From Euryarchaeota archaeon UBA557 (GTDB lineage Archaea; Thermoplasmatota; Poseidoniia; Poseidoniales; Thalassarchaeaceae): a stretch of 64,000 bases of DNA. Positions 59,876 through 64,000 of the stretch are shown in pieces; the stretch's first letter is position 1, and every line of letters begins with the position of its first letter. The notes under the pieces are model-generated. The model had not been told where the DNA came from. It saw only the letters and a list, made by a program, of their open reading frames with translations, and searched no databases. The stretch spans positions 150,424 through 214,423 of the forward strand of contig DARI01000002.1 of NCBI GenBank assembly GCA_002503285.1. The letters run 5' to 3'. The position numbers and the translations under genes were made by a program.

Positions 59876-61675
59876 GTGGAGTTACGTAAAAAGATGGAAT
59901 CTGATGTCAATAATTTTGTAATTAATATCGCCACTGCTAATGGGACTGGTTCCCAATCTTCGAATCTAATTATATTACATACCATGTTTGAAATGGGAGT
60001 CCCAGTAAGTGGCAAAAATTTGTTCCCAAGTAATATTTCGGGCTTACCGACATGGTTCATAATTCGAGCTAGTGAATACGGATATCAAGCCCCTGGTGAC
60101 AAAACTGACATTCAAATTTTGATGAATAAAGATACTTGGCAAGATGATATTGATAAAATGGAGCCGGGTACAGTCGTTATTTACAATGAAGATGTAAAAC
60201 TTCCCGTTGGAAGAGATGATTGTATAGTATTCAGTATGCCAATGACAAAGATGGCAAGAGGTATAGCGCCAAAATTCGCAAAAATGATGGCCAATATGTA
60301 TTATGTTGGTGGGCTTGCATATTTACTTGGAATAAATCTTACAGATATGGAAAAAGCCGTTCATTCTCAATTCAAAGGTAAAGAAAAGGCAATTGAAATG
60401 AATTTACGGGCAATTGGTGAAGGTATCGCTCATGCACAAGAAAATTGGGAGAATACAACAACATTTAGAGTAGAAAAATTAGAAAAAAATCCTGATACAT
60501 ATCTAATAGAAGGTAATGAAGCAACTGCTTTGGGTTCTGTATATGGAGGAATAAATATGCTAGCTTGGTATCCAATAACGCCTTCATCTTCAGTTGCAGA
60601 AGGAATAATAAAATGGCTACCAGAACTTAGAACTGCAAAGGATGGAGGTACTACTTGTGCCGTCATTCAAGCAGAAGATGAGTTAGCCGCAGTTGGAATG
60701 GTAATAGGCGCTGGTTGGGCAGGAGGACGAGGTATGACTTGCACCAGTGGCCCAGGTATTTCTTTGATGTCAGAATTTATTGGATTGTCTTACTTTGCAG
60801 AAGTACCCGGAGTGATATGGGATGTAAATCGCGTAGGCCCTTCAACAGGCCTTCCCACAAGGACCCAACAAGGAGATTTGTCAATGCTATATGAAGCAAG
60901 TCATGGCGATACGCAACATATTGTACTTATTCCTGGAACTGTAAATGAATGTTTTGAATTTGGATGGAGGGCTTTTGATTATGCTGAGAGATATCAGACC
61001 ATGGTATTCGGATTTAGTGATTTAGATTTAGGTATGAATAGGTGGTCTACTGAAGGGTTTGTTTATCCGGATAAGCAAATGGATAGAGGTAAAGTTATTT
61101 ACACTCAGGAGCAACTAGATTCCATTCAGAATTACGGAAGATACCGAGATGTAGATGGAGATGGAATACCTTACAGGACATTACCAGGAAGTGGACTTGA
61201 TCCTATTCTATATCGAGGAACAGGGCATGACGAAGATGGAGTTTATTCTGAAGATCCTGCTGTTTATCAAAAAACTATGATGAGACTACGTGGGAAGATC
61301 GATGGATCACGAGATAATTTACCCTCTCCAGTCATAATTGAAGAAGAAATCAAGGAAGTAGGAATAATATTTTATGGATCTATGCAAAATACCATTGAAG
61401 AAATAGATGATATCTTAGAAAGAACTGGTTTATCTGTTAGTACTTGTAGAGTCAGGGCTTTGCCATATCATTCCAATTTAGAAGAGTTTATTTCTAAGCA
61501 TGATAAAAATATAGTTCTAGAAATGAATAGAGATGGACAATTATTTGGAATTTTAAGAAAGGAGCTTCCTCTAGAATTACTAAGTAAAGTTCATAGCGTT
61601 GCATATAGCGATGGTATGCCTCCTCGAGCAAGATTATATTCAGAGAAAATTCTAGAATTATTGGAGGAAATATAA
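59876..61675 (+). CDS. korA: 2-oxoacid:ferredoxin oxidoreductase alpha subunit (fused gamma-alpha type; KorA/PorA family)
   Basis: GNEATALGSVYGGINMLAWYPITPSSS is the alpha-subunit motif. The track start is GTG; the likely start is the ATG at 59894 (MESDVNN...). A TAATG junction links it to the beta subunit. Confidence 0.8.
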   Translation: MELRKKMESDVNNFVINIATANGTGSQSSNLIILHTMFEMGVPVSGKNLFPSNISGLPTWFIIRASEYGYQAPGDKTDIQILMNKDTWQDDIDKMEPGTVVIYNEDVKLPVGRDDCIVFSMPMTKMARGIAPKFAKMMANMYYVGGLAYLLGINLTDMEKAVHSQFKGKEKAIEMNLRAIGEGIAHAQENWENTTTFRVEKLEKNPDTYLIEGNEATALGSVYGGINMLAWYPITPSSSVAEGIIKWLPELRTAKDGGTTCAVIQAEDELAAVGMVIGAGWAGGRGMTCTSGPGISLMSEFIGLSYFAEVPGVIWDVNRVGPSTGLPTRTQQGDLSMLYEASHGDTQHIVLIPGTVNECFEFGWRAFDYAERYQTMVFGFSDLDLGMNRWSTEGFVYPDKQMDRGKVIYTQEQLDSIQNYGRYRDVDGDGIPYRTLPGSGLDPILYRGTGHDEDGVYSEDPAVYQKTMMRLRGKIDGSRDNLPSPVIIEEEIKEVGIIFYGSMQNTIEEIDDILERTGLSVSTCRVRALPYHSNLEEFISKHDKNIVLEMNRDGQLFGILRKELPLELLSKVHSVAYSDGMPPRARLYSEKILELLEEI

Positions 61676-62709
61676 TGTCCATATTAAAATTGAATGTAAT
61701 AGATTTAGATAAATCGGAATATAAAGGAGGTAAATCGTCTCTTTGCCCTGGATGCGGGCATGACCAGATTTCAAATGTGATAATCCAGGCTGCTTGGGAA
61801 AATGGAATAAAACCTGAAGGAATAGCCAAAATGAGTGGAATTGGTTGTTCTTCAAAAACTCCTGCATATTTCCTAGGCAAGAGCCATGGATTCAATACAG
61901 TCCATGGAAGGATGCCCTCGGTTACAACAGGTGCAAATATGGTGAATAAAGATCTATCATTTTTAGCAGTTTCAGGGGACGGGGATACAGCCAGTATAGG
62001 AATTGGACAATTCATTCATGCTATTCGTAGAAATTTGGACATGGTTTATATTATCGAAAATAATGGAGTTTATGGATTGACAAAAGGCCAGTATAGTGCA
62101 ACTGTTGAAAAAGGTTCGAAAAAGAAAAAAGGTACAATGAATGAACAATCACCAATTGATTTGTGCGCTATGGCAGTTAATTTAGGTTGTAGCTTTGTTG
62201 CAAGATCATTTTCAGGAAGTAAAAAGCAGTTGACTGCGTTACTAAGGGCTGCTATGAGCCATAAGGGAATGGCAATTATCGATGTTATTTCCCCATGTGT
62301 TACCTTCGCTAATAACGATGAATCTTACAAATCATATAATTATGTTAAAGAGAATGATGAAGTGTTGCATATAGTAGATTATATCGCACATTTCTCCCCT
62401 ATTGAAGCAGTGGAAGTACCTGCAGGAGAGTTCAAAGAAATAAAATTATTCGATGGTTCGACATTAAGACTTGAGACAGTGGGTAACGAGCATGACCCCA
62501 CCGACCCAGTAGAAGCTCTAAGAGCCATACACGATGCTGATAAAGAAAGTAGGCATGTAACTGGCCTACTTTACTATAATCCCGACAAAAAAACAGCTAC
62601 CGAAACACTAGGATTGACAAATACGCCTCTGATGGCTCTACCAGAATCAGAACTAAGACCTAGTAAACAGAGTCTGGAAGAATTAAATGAGGGTTTTAGA
62701 ACTAATTGA
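61675..62709 (+). CDS. korB: 2-oxoacid:ferredoxin oxidoreductase beta subunit (TPP-binding)
   Basis: The TPP-binding motif is AVSGDGDTASIGIGQFIHAIRRNLDMVYIIENNGVYGLTKGQ, and the cysteines CPGCGH lie near the N-terminus. Confidence 0.8.
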   Translation: MSILKLNVIDLDKSEYKGGKSSLCPGCGHDQISNVIIQAAWENGIKPEGIAKMSGIGCSSKTPAYFLGKSHGFNTVHGRMPSVTTGANMVNKDLSFLAVSGDGDTASIGIGQFIHAIRRNLDMVYIIENNGVYGLTKGQYSATVEKGSKKKKGTMNEQSPIDLCAMAVNLGCSFVARSFSGSKKQLTALLRAAMSHKGMAIIDVISPCVTFANNDESYKSYNYVKENDEVLHIVDYIAHFSPIEAVEVPAGEFKEIKLFDGSTLRLETVGNEHDPTDPVEALRAIHDADKESRHVTGLLYYNPDKKTATETLGLTNTPLMALPESELRPSKQSLEELNEGFRTN

Positions 62710-62766
62710 GAATTTACTTTTAGTATCGGTTTTCTTGAAATAGAGATGCCGTCTCGGACACACAAT

Positions 62767-62842
62767 AGTCCCTTAGTGTAGTGGTCCATCATGTGGGGTT
62801 CTGGATCCCACGACCCTGGTTCGAATCCGGGAGGGACTACCA
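62767..62842 (+). tRNA. tRNA-Gln (CTG), CCA encoded
   Basis: AGTCCCTTAGTGTAGTGGTCCATCATGTGGGGTTCTGGATCCCACGACCCTGGTTCGAATCCGGGAGGGACTACCA has anticodon loop UUCUGGA. The architecture matches archaeal tRNA-Gln. Confidence 0.8.
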
Positions 62843-62934
62843 ATTTCCTGTAATCCTGAAGAGTTGTGATCAATTATTTCTTAATCATTATCGGTAACTC
62901 AACATGAGAAATGATTTCAAATTACTGTTTTGTA

Positions 62935-63918
62935 TTAAATCGACTGGTTCCACCAGCGCTCATTCCAAATCGACGCATCAATGAATAAATCATAAAATGA
63001 ATCAATCGTGTGCTCAATTGGTTTAGAATAGCCTCCACCCATGAAAATGACCGTCGGAATTCTGTAATCAAGCATCTTCTCAAAAACGTACTGATTTCTT
63101 ATTTTCATCCCTTCTTTAGTAATATTGAGCTTTCCCAAATGGTCATGCTCGAGTCCGTCAACCCCTGCTTGGAAAAGAAGGATATCTGGCTCAAAATCTA
63201 GACTTAATTTGACAGCCTCACGAACTTTTTCAAGGTACAAATCATCACCTGATTCTGGCTCGATAGGCAAATCAAAATCACTCACAGATTTTCGGAATGG
63301 AAAGTTCGTAGAACAGTGTACTGAAATAGTACGAGTTCGAATATCATTAGCCAGTATTGTTGCTGTTCCATCGCCTTGATGTACATCAAGATCTAGAATT
63401 ACTACACGTTTCAATCCTTGATTTTCAAGGGCGTACTTCGCGCTGATGGCGAGATCGTTGAACACACAGTAACCTGAGCCGAAATCTCTGTGAGCATGAT
63501 GAGTTCCTCCTGCCATATTTCCTGTGATTCCACCGTGCTTTATGGCATGAATTGTTGCTTTAACAGCTCCACCGGTCAGGCAAAGTGTTCGTTCTATCAT
63601 CTTTGGAGTCCAAGGAGTAAGGCCAATTCTTCTCATCTCTTTTTCATTTAACTTTCCTTTGAGGAATGCATCAACATAATTTTCATCATGAGCAAGTAGT
63701 AATGATTTTCTTGAGATTGGATCAGGTTTTTGGATTGACATTTTTTTAAATTCTTTTGATTGTTTGAGCATCTTCAGTACCATTTGATAGCGATATTTTG
63801 GGAAACGTGCTTTATCATGAATTCCATCTGTGTACAACGGATGATACCACAAATTGAATGAAGGTTTATTCGCAAAAATTTTGAATTTATTTGAAACCAC
63901 ACACAAAACCTCAAACAA
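62935..63918 (-). CDS. Histone deacetylase / acetoin utilisation AcuC / acetylpolyamine amidohydrolase family protein
   Basis: GGTHHAHRDFGSGYCVFNDLAI and DLDVHQGDG are the HDAC-family zinc-site signatures. Confidence 0.8.
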   Translation of the reverse strand: MFEVLCVVSNKFKIFANKPSFNLWYHPLYTDGIHDKARFPKYRYQMVLKMLKQSKEFKKMSIQKPDPISRKSLLLAHDENYVDAFLKGKLNEKEMRRIGLTPWTPKMIERTLCLTGGAVKATIHAIKHGGITGNMAGGTHHAHRDFGSGYCVFNDLAISAKYALENQGLKRVVILDLDVHQGDGTATILANDIRTRTISVHCSTNFPFRKSVSDFDLPIEPESGDDLYLEKVREAVKLSLDFEPDILLFQAGVDGLEHDHLGKLNITKEGMKIRNQYVFEKMLDYRIPTVIFMGGGYSKPIEHTIDSFYDLFIDASIWNERWWNQSI

Positions 63919-64000
63919 GTTATATTATAGTTGAGAAACTCAATCTTAAATACGTGTTTGCTTGAAATGGTAATTCTTTATACTTCTTGGTAAAAGTAAC

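Noticed and set aside
62574-62873. 99-aa minus-strand ORF
   Set aside because: It overlaps the tRNA-Gln gene and the korB 3' end on the opposite strand. Its product contains the reverse-translated tRNA sequence, so it is spurious.
1-64000. CRISPR arrays, transposases, integrases or prophage-like segments
   Set aside because: I scanned the intergenic regions and the ORF translations. No regularly spaced direct repeats, DDE/tyrosine recombinase motifs or terminal inverted repeats were seen.

Overview
This window reads as an AT-rich archaeal chromosomal segment. The archaeal assignment rests on a complete A-type ATP synthase operon (atpHIKECFABD, minus strand, about 3.3-11.9 kb), an RPA/RPA-associated pair, the RFC small subunit, pelota, a GatD-like gene and an intron-containing tRNA. 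The gene content resembles free-living marine heterotrophic Thermoplasmatota/Marine-Group-II-like archaea: fatty-acid and branched-chain acyl-CoA metabolism, a giant FG-GAP surface protein, and several bacterial-type genes (rph, csp, icmF, SMUG1-like UDG). That lineage guess is inference only.

Housekeeping genes include polyprenyl synthase, geranylgeranyl reductase and ubiE, plus moaB, rph, an AP-endonuclease-2-like gene, pelA, fhs, aroE, a carboxyltransferase, gatD, rfcS, panB (and a partial panE at the window start), acnA, korAB and an HDAC-family gene. Three tRNAs are present: Phe-GAA, Gln-CTG, and a CAU tRNA with a 77-nt intron.

The regions not explained by housekeeping function are these:
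- An apparently inactivated site-2-protease-like membrane protein with a large glycosylated ectodomain (0.8-3.2 kb).
- Two unknown proteins, one carrying three SAP/HeH-like motifs (14.9-17.0 kb).
- A block at 33.4-40.4 kb combining an APC transporter fused to an EF-hand pair, a PI-PLC-X-like lipoprotein, a LigB/LigB/RidA operon resembling the 2-aminophenol dioxygenase/deaminase module, and a PAP2_C (IPC-synthase-like) membrane protein.
- A fused isobutyryl-CoA mutase (IcmF), cold-shock protein and acyl-CoA dehydrogenase block (44-48.7 kb).
- A 2186-aa FG-GAP/VCBS surface protein (48.7-55.3 kb).

No CRISPR array, transposase or integrase was recognised. All calls come from reading the six-frame translations and motifs by eye; no database search was run.
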